Origin: the human T2T-CHM13v2.0 reference genome, Homo sapiens | Strand: one strand, 5' to 3' | DNA length: 64,000 nt | Assembly: GCF_009914755.1 (NCBI RefSeq) | Contig: NC_060932.1 | Shown here: positions 16,860 through 28,490 of the stretch, piece after piece | Layout of the letters: the number at the start of each line of letters is the position of its first letter | Position numbering within the stretch: position 1 is the first letter of the stretch | The notes under the pieces: generated by a model | Told to the model about the DNA's origin: nothing | The model's database searches: none | What the model saw: only the letters and a program-made list of their open reading frames with translations | Position numbers and translations under genes: made by a program

Positions 16860-17706
16860 TATACATTATTGAACTAAGCAGACTAAATGCATACAAGAGT
16901 CCACTGATTGTTTCAATATGTACAACCAACCACTATATGAATGGTTTGTTACATTCTTGTACAATTGTCACATCATCTGTGACCCAATTTCTATTGGAAC
17001 ACCTCCTCTTGCCAGACCCTTTAGATTTATCTCCCTCAACCTCTGCAGCTTGCATTTGCCTTTCCCTTTGCTAACTGGCCAAGTTCTACCCATTTCTCTA
17101 AAAGTAAGCTGCAGTAACACTTCCCAAGGTGTTTCCCCCATTGAAAGTGGTGTGTACAATAATATCTTGTCTTTCTTCTCCAAGTAGAGTCATCTGGGTA
17201 CTCAACCAATTAGCTGAAGGGATAGGAGTTAGTATATTCAACTGGAGGAAATTTCACCTGGATAGTGGAAGAGGTAATTCAAAACTGTTTTATGAGGCTT
17301 CTGGGGAAATAATCACACCAGAAGAGCTCAGGATCATATGTGTGTGAAACTTGGTGTTTAATCACCTGTGCATTCCTTTTGTGATATTCACTGAAAGACT
17401 GTTGGCCTGTGAAGGAGAACAATAGACTGGCTAGCGTTCACATTAATTGTTCCCTTGATTGACAGCTAAACAAAGGCTTGGTGTTATTCTTCCCAATAAA
17501 GGCCACAAACCTCCTACACAAATTGCTAAAGAGTATTTTTAAATTTATGAGTTTTGCAATACCAAGGTTAGATTTCATTGTTGTTGTGTGTGTGAGTGAC
17601 AAAATATCCTATAAGTGATAACGAGATTGTTGAAATGAAGTGAAATTCTTTTATTGAGCAGTCCTCTATTGTTGGTGAATAACTTGTAAAGAAGAATCTT
17701 GATTTT

Positions 17707-18106
17707 CATATTAGTCAGGGCTCTCCAGAAAAAACACAATCAATAGGGTGTGTGTGTGTGTGAGTGTGTGTGTGTGCATCAGTGAATTTATTGTAGAAAT
17801 TGGCATGCTCTGAAGGCCTGAGAACAAGGAGCTCCAATGTCTGAGGGCAGGAGAAGATAGATATTCCAGTTCAAGAAAAGAGAAAGAAAATTTACTCTTC
17901 CTTCACCTTTTTGTTCTGCTTAGCTCTTTAATGTATTGGTTGATGCCCTTCCACATTGGTGAGGGTGGATCTTCTCTCGCAGATACTCATTCAAATGCTA
18001 ATTTCTTCTGGAAACACCCTCCCAGACACACCCAGAAATAATGTTTTACCAGCTATCTGAGCATCTTTTAGCATGGTCAAGATGGCACATAAAATTACCC
18101 ACCACA
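17707..18106 (-). mobile_element. MLT2 (ERVL) solo LTR with internal (GT)n
   Basis: tattagtcagggctctccaga... ggaaacaccctcccagacacacccagaaataatgtttt... aaaattacccaccaca. Confidence 0.8.
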
Positions 18107-18989
18107 ATTATGTACTATTTGTGGTCAACCTGTAAAGAAGAATCTTACAGAATATACATTGGAAGTAATGCTTTAGAGACTAAAAAAGTAAATCTCAAAG
18201 CAGCCCTGAACTCATGAAATCTATGAAAAGAATGAGAGCATTTAAAAACTCCGATAAGACAAAGAAGAAGACTATTCTTCCCGTCCATTTTGACTACAGA
18301 CAATATGAAGAATAAAGATATCATAATGAATAGATGAATACTAATTAAATAATTGAATGGAATGGTTTCAATTATCAAACTTGTTTTACTATTTCTTATA
18401 ATAGGAACCTTTAATGTTCACAGCTCATGGAGGTAAGTGCAGCATTAGAAATAAAGAAGACATGATGTACTTTAACAAACCAAACCATAACTTATTCTTT
18501 CATAGCACACAGCTAAATAGCACAGTTTCTTTTGTATCACTGAGATGACCAGAGTAATAACATTTGTTACTGACTCTAATGATTATACCCATGCCCTTCT
18601 ATTGAGACCCTTTAATAACTATTTTCTGAGGGAGAGCTTATTTTTAAAGGGGAATGATTTTATAATAAATATCTTATAAAGCTCTCTCTGAGCTCTTCTT
18701 AAAATTCGACTTATTAATGGTGGACTTTAATACAGGGACCTCTGTAACTCTAAAAGGAGGAGGAATTATATGGTCTAGAAAGATATAGTTAGCTACTCTA
18801 TCAGTGCACAGTACTACCTCTTTGTGTTTAAATTTGTACATCTCTGTTTATGAACAATTTTGATCATCTTGTTATGCACGTATTTGCTTTAGTTTTCTGT
18901 AACTTGCCTGTTTGTATCTTGAGCCTGGTGTATTTGGGGGAGGAAATGTTCTTTTGAATCAGCAGAAGATTGATTTCTGTTCTAGATAT

Positions 18990-20260
18990 TCTTTTTTTTT
19001 TTTTTAATTTTAAACGCGGGGCAAAGCTCCCATTAAATTTATAGCTTTATGTTTTACACTTACGATGTTAATCCTTCCAGATTTCAATGTTTTATATGTG
19101 GTGTTAGATAAAGATCTGGATTCATTTCTCACATGAAAATGAACCAGTAGTGCTCTTGCCGTCTACTAAATAATTTGTCCTTTTCCCATTAATTTCGTGT
19201 GCCAAATTTATCATATATTTAGATGTCACATGCTAATGAGCCTGTTCCAGAGCTACTTATTATCAAATTAGTCAATTTGCCTGTTTTTACACCAATAAAA
19301 CGCTATTTATATTACTACAGTCTTACTATATGTCTTGATATCTGGTAGAGGCAAGCTTCCCCTTTTTACTATTTTTATAGTTAATTTAGCTATTTTTAGT
19401 CAACTTAAAGTTTTGGAATAGGTTTACTAAGTACATTAAAACCATATAATTAGAATTTCTATTGAGCTTGAATCAAATTTGTATCTTAATCTGGAGAGAA
19501 TTAATATCTTTAAAATGTTATCCAGTCTAAAAGCATGGAAGCTTTTCCATTTATTCAGATTACTCTTTATGTCCTGTTTGGAGTTTTAATGTTTTGCCCA
19601 TAGGAATCTAGTGATTCTGGTTAGTTTAATTTCTAGGAAACTTAGTATTCTGCTATATTATGTAATATTTTATTTTCAAACATTTTTAGTTGCTCATTTC
19701 TTGTGTAAAGAAAGAACGTTGATTTCGCAAGAGTGACATTGTATCAGGAATCATCGTTGAACTCTTATAAATTCTAACAGTTTATTGATTTGATTACTTT
19801 TTAACAGGTAGAAAAAAATCATCTTTAAGGATTATATCTTTACTTACATATTAATACCTATTTTTTTCATTTCCTTGCTTCATATATTATTGCTGATGAG
19901 ATAGGCATTCATGTCTTGCTAATGATACTAGAAGATGTGTGGCCAAAGTTTGCCAATCAATTGTTTTATTTGCTTATTAGTTTGTTTCATTATGTAATGT
20001 CCATCAAGTCGAGAACATTTCCATTTATTTCCTATTTGTTTTTGTTGTTATTGTTTATTTGTTTAACCATTAATGGTGCTAAAGCTTATTATGTTCTTTT
20101 TCTAAATTAAATGTATCCATTGATTTTTCTTCTTTCATCTTTATAAATTTAGTCAAGTTGTGAATTTTACTGATGGAGTCTCTGATCATTGTACTTGATC
20201 AAGATGTGTTATTTTGAATGCATGATCAGCTTTATTTAGCAAATGATTCTTTCAATTTAT
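18990..20260 (-). mobile_element. Highly degenerate L1M ORF2 fragment
   Basis: T-rich sequence colinear with antisense L1 ORF2 (ttgattactacag..cttgatatctggtag; ggagagaattaatatcttt). Confidence 0.55.
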
Positions 20261-23200
20261 ACAATTGTGGTTATAAGTGAAAAGGGCAGAAATTAGAAAG
20301 ATAGCTAACACCAGACATGGACAGATGTTCAGATAAAGGAGACTTAATACACTGCTGACTAATGGATTTATACATTCTAGTAACCCTAAAATTTCTCTCT
20401 GAGATATATATTCCACGCAGCTCTATAAGTAATTTTGCTTGAAGCTACTCACTGCAGTTTATTTGTGTTGACAGAGTTAGAAGCCTCCTGGGTATCCATC
20501 ACTTGGAGAATGAATAGGTAATATATGTTGGACATACAATATGGAGAATTTTTCAGCAATAAAAATCAAACCATAAAGGAATGTTTTGGAAATGTAGCAG
20601 AGTAGGAAGCAGCAGGAATCTGTCTCCATACCTAGACAACAATTACAATGGCAGAATATATCCAAAGTAACTACTTTGGAACTTTGAAGTCTATTGAAGG
20701 CTTAAAACTTCCAGAGGAAGCCTTGCTTCATAAATTGCTGTTCATTTCAGCTGATTTCAGCTATTAGCACATTAGCAGCTACCCATTCCCCATCCCTCAA
20801 CCCCATGGTGGGCAGATGTTAACTTGTTCCTGGAGCAGCTTGCTGATAGCTTAAAGGGGAAGGAGTGGGCCAAAAGAACCCTAGTCTTTAAGTACTAGGT
20901 AACTGTGATTTGATAATCGATTGCTGCTTCTGACCACAGAAGTCCAGACAATGAGGCTGTGACCATTGTTTTTACATCTCTTCCCATTGTTGCAAGCTTC
21001 TTCTGCTCTCGCTGAGGTGATTTCCAGAGAAGTTAAAGGACTGATGCTATCCCCCTCATTTCATTTTTTTCTTCATCTTTTTTTGAGAGTCAGACATTGA
21101 AGAGTAGAATATACAAAAGCAACTACATATGTAAGAAAATTTAGAAAGTCACCATGCATGCTCAGGGGTAGGCCCAAGCTCAGAAAAGACCTGAGAATAC
21201 CTTAAGCTTACAACTTAGACTGATCTTTCACACAGAGACAGCCTATAACTATGAAGAAACAAAAACAAAACAAAACAAAAAACAGCACCAAAAAAATCTA
21301 AGGTTAATAAAAAACTGAAACAGGAAAGTATGACCCACTCAAAAGAAAAAGTAAATCCATAAAAACTGTCTCCAAAAAAGACCTAATGACAGAACTACTA
21401 GAAAAAGACTTTAAGACAACAGCCTTAAAGATTCTCAAAGAACCAAAAGATGACACAGAGATAGTCAATAACAAAATGTATGAACAAATAAAAAATGTCT
21501 AAAGAGATATAAAACCTAACATAAACCACACAGAAAAAACATTCTGGAGCTGAAAAATGAAAATAAAAATGAAAATGAAAATCCACTGGAATATTTTAGA
21601 GATAGATTTGAGCAAGCGAAAAAACTATTTCAAAGATAGGACAAAAAAATTGTCAAATTTGAGAAACAGAAAGAAAAATGGATGAAGAAAACTGATCAGA
21701 GCATCAGAGCATACATGACCTGTAGGACACCTTCAAGGAGACCAACATAGATGTTATGGAATTGCCAGAAGGGTAACAGAGGGTAAAAGGGGCAGAGATA
21801 ATATTTAAAGAAATAATGTCTGAAAACTTTTCTAATTTAATGAAAGACATGATATAAGCATCTAAGAAGCTCAATAAACTCCCACTCCAAAAAGAATGAA
21901 CTATAAGAGAATCACACTGAGAAACATTATAATCAAGCTGTCTAAAGTCAAAGAGAGAATTTTAAAAGCAGCAAGAGAGAGGTAACACATCACACACAAA
22001 GGATCTTCAATAAGATCATCAGTTGATTTTTTTGTAAGAAAGTAGAAGTCCAGCAAAAAACAAAAAAACGAACAAAAGAAACCCCTGTTATCCAAGAATC
22101 ACATATCCAGCAAAACTATCCTTCAAAAGTGAGAGAGAAATAAGGACATTCCCAGATAAACAAAAGCTAAGGGAGTTTATCACTGCTAGACTTGCTGTTC
22201 AAGATGTGCTCAAGAGAGTCTTGCATTTTGAAATGAAAGAAAACTAGATAGTAACTCTAAGTCATATGAAGAAATAAAGATCTCAGTCAATGTAAATACA
22301 TGGGCAATTATTAAAACTAGTATTATTATAATGATGATGTGTGGCACCATATTTTTGTTTGTTGTCTACATAATTAAAGAGACTAACACATTAAAAAACT
22401 AGTCTAAAAGGTAAGTATTGCATATTTCTCTTTCAACACTATTTACGATTCATTTACATTTAAAAATTAATAGTTTATGTTTTTGGACACACAATGTACA
22501 ACAATGAAGTTTTGTGGCATTAATAACAGAAAGAAATGAGGACAGAACTGTTAGAAGAGCAGAGTTTTGTACTAAAAACTATAAAAAGGGCAGAGTTATA
22601 TAAGTTAAGCTGGCATAAATTTAACTTAAGGGTATTACAACTTTAGGATTTTGAGTATAATCCTCATATTAACTACAAAGAAAATATGTAAAGAATTTAC
22701 ACATAAAGAAACAAGAAAGGAATTTAAAAGTTTAATTACAAAAAATCAACTAGGCACAAAAGAAGACAGTAATGTAAGAAGTGAGGGACAAAAAGCTATA
22801 AGGTATATAGAAAACAATTAGCAAAATAACAGAAGTAATTCCCTCCTTATCAGTAATTACTTTAATTGTAAATAGACTAAATTCTCCATTCAAAAGACAG
22901 AGATTGACAAAATAGATTTTAAAAATTATCCAATTATTTGCTGTCTACAAGAAATTCACATTAGACCCAAAGATACAAATAGGTTGAAAGTGAAAGGATG
23001 GAAAAGAATATGCCATGCAAATAGTAATCAAAAAGAGAGTAGGGTTGGCTAGGCTAACATCGAGCAAAATAGATCTTAAGTTTTTAAAAAGTTACAAGAG
23101 AGAAAAAGAACATTATATAAATAATAAAAGATGCAATACAGCAAGAAAATACAATTATATAAATTTACAAAGCTAATAGCAGACCATCAAAATATATGAA

Positions 23201-25025
23201 GTAAAAATTTACAGAATTGAAGGGAGAAATAAACAATACTACAGTAATAGCTACAGAGTTTAGTACCCTACACTCAATATTTGATAGAGCCACCAGACCA
23301 AAGATAAGTAAGGAAATAGAGAACTTGAACAATGCAATAAGGCAAACAGATCTAACTCATATACAGAACACATTTTCCAACAACAACAGAAAATACATTC
23401 TTCTCAAGTGTACCTGGGACATTTTCATGATAGACTACATGTTAGGCCACAAGTTAAACCTCCCCATGTCTAAAAAGGTGGATATCATACAAAGTATATT
23501 CTCTGACCACAACAGAATGAAGTGAGAAATCAGTAACTGGAGAGAAACTAAAAAAATTATATATTTGCAGAAATTAAACAAAAAAGTCTTACACAATCAA
23601 TGGATCAAATGAGAAATCACAAGGGAAATTAGAAAATAGAGAAAAATGAAAATAAAACCACAATATGCCAAAACTTATGAGACACAGAGAAAGCTGTGCA
23701 AATGAAGAAATTTATAGCTATATATGCTTACATTATAAAATAAGAAACATTCAAAGCAAAAACAACTTTATAATTTAACGAACTAGAGAAAGGAAACAAA
23801 CAAACCCAAAGGTAACAGAAGTCAGGAAATAAAGATTACAGCAGAAATAAAATAAAACTGGGAATAGAAAAATAGTAAAAAAAAATCAATAATACCAAAA
23901 GATTCTGCCTTGAAAAACTGAACCACATTAACATTTTTAATTGTATTAAGTTCGATGAACTAAAAATAAAAAGACTCAACCTACTAAAATAAGAAATGAA
24001 AGTGGGAACATGGTTGCCAATTGTACAGAAATAAAAAGGATTATAAGAGCGTACTATAAGTCTACACAAATTGAATAACTTAGATATAATAGGCAAATTC
24101 TTGGAAACACAAAACTAACCAAAAGGAAACCAGTTACTAACTTTCTATGAAGCAGCATTAACCTGATACCAAAGGTAGACAAAGATACTACAAGAAAAAA
24201 ACCTTCGTCACCTTTTTAAACATTGATACAAAAAATCTCAACAAAGTTCTAGCAAGCCATATTAAAAAGATTCACACTATTACCAAATGGAATTTATTTC
24301 TGGAATGCAAAGATCATTCAACATATAAAAATGGATAAATGTAATATATCACATTAATATAATTAAAAAAACACATGTGACTATCTTCATTGATACAGAA
24401 AAAAGCATTTGACAAAATTCAATGCCATCTTATGAGAGAAACACTAAACAAACTGAGAAAAAAAGGAAATGACCTAAATATAACAAAACCTATATATGTA
24501 AAACCCACAGCAAGTATCGTACTCAATGCTGAAAACTGAAACCTTTCCCCTAAGATAAGGAACATGGCAAAAATGCTTGCTTTTACCATTTCTATTCAGC
24601 ATAATAATAGAAGTTCTAGTCAGAGCAATTTGGCAAATAATAATAATAACAAAAGGCATTTAAATCAGAAAGGAAAAAATAAGATTATGTCTGTTAACAG
24701 ATGATATGATCTTACATGTAGAAAATCTAAAGATTAAACAAACAAAAGCCCAGTTAGAATAAAAAAATTCAGCAAAGTAGTAAAATATAAAATCAACACG
24801 AAAAAAATCAGTCGCATTTCTATAAACTGTCAACACTCTCATAAGTAAATATTTTAAAATTATATCTGTAATAACATCAAAAAGAGTAAAATAGTAATCA
24901 ATTAAGAAGGTAAAACACTTGCATAATGAAAAGTTCCAAATGTATCTGAAATAAATGAAAGAAGACATAAATTGAAAGACATTCTGTCTTCATAGACTGG
25001 GAAGACAATATTAAGATGTCAATAA

Positions 25026-25376
25026 TGTTTGCTTTAATCCATTTTGAGCTGTCATATTAGCATACCACAGATTGGGTAATTTATAAAGATATAAAATTAT
25101 TTTCTCAGAGTTCTGGAGGCTAGGAAGTCCAAAATCAAAGGGTCAACTTCTGGTGTCTGGTGAAGCCTTTTGGCTACATCCTCAGATGTGGAAGGCTGGG
25201 GAGTAAAAGGGACAATCTTCCTTCATCAAGCTCTTTTATAACAATGGTACTTCATTTCTGAGGGCAAAGCCCTCATATCCTAAACACTTTCCAAAATGCT
25301 CCGCCTCCCAACACTGTTACATTTTAGATTAAGTTTTCAACATATGAATTTGGGGTAACACATTTAAACCACAGTA
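25026..25376 (-). mobile_element. MST-like (MSTC/MSTD) MaLR solo LTR inside the old L1
   Basis: gggtaatttataaag..ctcagagttctggaggctaggaagtccaa..catatgaatttgggg..aaaccacag; L1 ORF2 sequence joins across it. Confidence 0.75.
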
Positions 25377-26060
25377 TTACTTAAAGTAATCTATAGACTT
25401 AATGTAATCTCTACCAAAATCTCAAAAGCATTATTTACAGAAATAGAAATACCCATTCTAAAATTAATATGGAATTTTAAAGAGATGCTGGATAGGCAAG
25501 ATAATCCTGAAAAAAAAATGGAATAAAGCTGGAAGACTCTAGTCTGGGAAAACTGGATATCTATATGCAAAATTTGAGATTAAACCCTTTCCCAACAACA
25601 TATACAAAAATTAACTCAAAGTGCATCTATGACCTAAATGTAAGACCTAAATGTATAAACCCCCTAAAAGAAAATAAGACAAAAGTTTTGTAATATTATA
25701 TTTGGCAATGCTTTCTTGGATATGACACCAATGGCCCAAGCACTAAAGCTAAAAATAGACAAACTTCATGAAAAAAATTTTACAGTGCATCAGAAGACAC
25801 TATCAGCAGAGTAAAAAGGCAGCCCACAGAATGGGATAAAATATTTGCAAATCATATATCAGATAAGTGATTAGTATCCAAAATATAGAAATAACTTTTA
25901 AAATTAAACAATGAGAAGATAAACAACCTGACTTAAAAATGAGCAAAAGACTTTGATAGACATTTATCCAAGGAAGATTCACAAATGGTCAATTAGCATG
26001 AAAAGATGCTCAACATCACTAACAGGGAAATGGAAATCACAACTATGAGGAAACCATGAC

Positions 26061-26472
26061 TGTCAGGCCTCTGAGCCCAAACTAAGCCATCATATCCCCT
26101 GTGACCTGCACGTACACATCCAGATGGCAGGTTCCTGCCTTAACTAATGACATTCCACCACAAAAGAAATGAAAATGGCCTGTTCCTGCCTTAACTGATG
26201 ACATTATCTTGTGAAATTACTTCTCCTGGCTCATCCTGGCTCAAAAACTTCCCTACTGAGCACCTTGTGACCCCCCACTCCTGCCCGCCAGAGAACCCCC
26301 TTTTGACTGTAATTTTCCTTTACCTACCCAAATCTTATAAAATGGCCCCACCCCTATCTCCCTTCGCTGACTCTCTTTTCAGACAAAGCCCACCTGCACC
26401 CAGGTGAAATAAACAGCCTTGTTGCTCACACAAAGTCTGTTTGGTGGTCTCTTCACACGGACATGCATGAAA
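26061..26472 (+). mobile_element. 5' LTR (LTR7 family)
   Basis: tgtcaggcctctgagcccaa...catgaaa; two copies of ttcctgccttaactgatgacatt; TATA-like ttataaaa near 26335; GC/GT box ccccacccc; AATAAA at 26408-26413. Confidence 0.95.
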
Positions 26473-26474
26473 TT

Positions 26475-26492
26475 TGGTGCTGTGACTCGGAT
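26475..26492 (+). promoter_or_regulatory. Primer-binding site complementary to tRNA-His
   Basis: TGGTGCTGTGACTCGGAT immediately after the 5' LTR; one CpG-type change from TGGTGCCGTGACTCGGAT. Confidence 0.92.
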
Positions 26493-27014
26493 CGGGGGAC
26501 CTCCCTTGGGAGATCAAACCCCTGTCCTCCTGCTCTTTGCTCTGTGAAAAAGATCCACCTACGACCTCGGGTCCTCAGACCCACCAGCCCAAGGAACATC
26601 TCACCAATTTGAAGTTGGATAAGCAGACTCTTCTTATTCTCTTCTCCCACCTCTCTCACTATCCCTCAACCACTTTCTCCTTTCAATCTTGGCGTCACCC
26701 TTCAATCTCTCCCTTCTCTTAATTTCAGTTCCTTTCCTTTTCTGGTAGAGAACGGAGACGCGTTTTATCTGTGGACCCAAAACTCCGGCGCCGGTCACGG
26801 ACTTAGGAAGGCAGCCTTCCCTTGGTGTTTAATCATTGCAGGGACGCCTCTCTGATTATTCACCCATGTTTCAGAGGTGTCTGACCATGCAGGGATGCCT
26901 GCCTTGGTCCTTCACCCTTAGCAGCAAGTCCCGCTTTTCTAGGGGAGGGGCAAGAACTCCAACCCCTTCTCTCCATGTCTCTACCCCTTCTCTGCTTTTC
27001 TGGGAGGCAAGAAA

Positions 27015-27180
27015 CCCCTGATACCTTATTTCTGTGCCCCGACCTCTTATCTCTGTGCCTCGATCCCTTATTTCCACACCCCCACCTCTTATCTCTGTGC
27101 CCCATCCCTTATTTCCACTCCCCGACCTCCTATCTCTGCTCCCCAATCCCTTATTTCCATGCCCCGACCCCTTTCCCACT
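27015..27180 (+). repeat. ~19-20-bp tandem array in the HERV-H leader (pre-gag)
   Basis: About 8 units, alternating ccttatttcc.. and tcttatctctgtgcccc.. types. Confidence 0.8.
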
Positions 27181-27259
27181 TTTCTGAAGGGTAAGAACCC
27201 CCGAACCCCTTCCCTCTGTGTCTCTACTCTCTCTTTTTTCTGGGCTTGCGTCCTTCACT

Positions 27260-28490
27260 ATGGGCAACATTCCACCCTCCATTCCTCCTTCTTCTCCCTT
27301 AGCCTGTGTTCTCAAAAACTTAAAATCTCTTCAACTCACATCTGACCTAAAACCTAAATGCCTTATCTTCTTCTGCAACACCGCTTGGCCCCAATACAAA
27401 CTTGACAATGGCTCTAAATGGCCATAAAATTGCACTTTCAATGTTTCCATCCTACAAGATCTAAATAATTCTTGCCGTAAAATGGGCGAATGGTCTGAGG
27501 TGCCTGACGTCCAGGTATTCTTTCACACATCGGTCCCTCTCTAGTCTCTGTTCCCAATGCAACTCATCCCAAATCTTCCATTTTTCCCTCCCACCTGTCC
27601 CCTCAGTCCCAATCCCAAGCGTCGCTGAGTCTTTCTAATCTTCCTTTGTACAGACACATCTGACCTCTTCCCTCCTCGCCAGGCCAAGCTAGGTCCCAAT
27701 TCTTCCTCAGCCTCTGCTCCTCCACCCTATAATCCTTTTATCACCTCCCCTCCTCACACCCAGTCTGGCTTACAGTTTCCTTCCATGACTAGCCCTCCCC
27801 CACCTGCCCAGCAATTTCCTCTTAAAAAGGTGGCTGGAGCTAAAGGCATAGTCAAGGTTAATGTTCCTTTTTCTTTATACCAAATCAGAGCACATTTAGG
27901 CTCTTTTTCATCAAATAGAAAAACCCAGCCCAGTTCATGGCTCATTTGGCAGCAACCCTGAGATGCTTTACAGCCCTAGACCCTAAAATGTCAAAAGGCT
28001 GTCTTATTCTCAATATACATTTTATTACCCAATCTGCTCCCGACATTAAATAAAACTCCAAAAATTAAATTCCAGCCCTCAAACCCCACAACAGGACTTA
28101 ATTAACCTCATCTTCAAGGTTTACAATAATAGAGTAGAGGCTGCCAAGTAGCAACATATTTCTGAATTGCAATTCCTTACCTCCACTGTGAGACAAACCC
28201 CAGCCACATCTCCAGCACACAAGAACTTCCAAACGCCTAAACCGCAGTGGCCAGGTGTTCCTCCAGGCCCGCCTCCCCCAGGAGCTTGCCACAAATGCCA
28301 GAAATGTGGCCACCAGGCCAAGGAATGCCCGCAGCCTGGGATTCCTCCTAAGCTGCATCCCATCTGTGTGGGACCCCACTGAAAATTGGACTGTTCAACT
28401 CACCTGGCAGCCACTCTCAGAGCCCCTGGAACTGTGGCCCAAGGCTCTCTGACTCCTTCCCAGATCTTCTCGGCTTAGTGGCTGAAGACT
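27260..28490 (+). pseudogene. HERV-H gag remnant
   Basis: MGNIPPSIPPSSPLACVLKNL..IFFCNTAWPQYKLDNGSKWP start; zinc knuckle CHKCQKCGHQAKEC (track 28167..28382); second knuckle broken by a stop. Confidence 0.85.

Noticed and set aside
27015-27180. Regularly spaced repeats resembling a CRISPR array
   Set aside because: Contiguous degenerate tandem units without unique spacers, inside the HERV-H leader; eukaryotic context and no cas genes.
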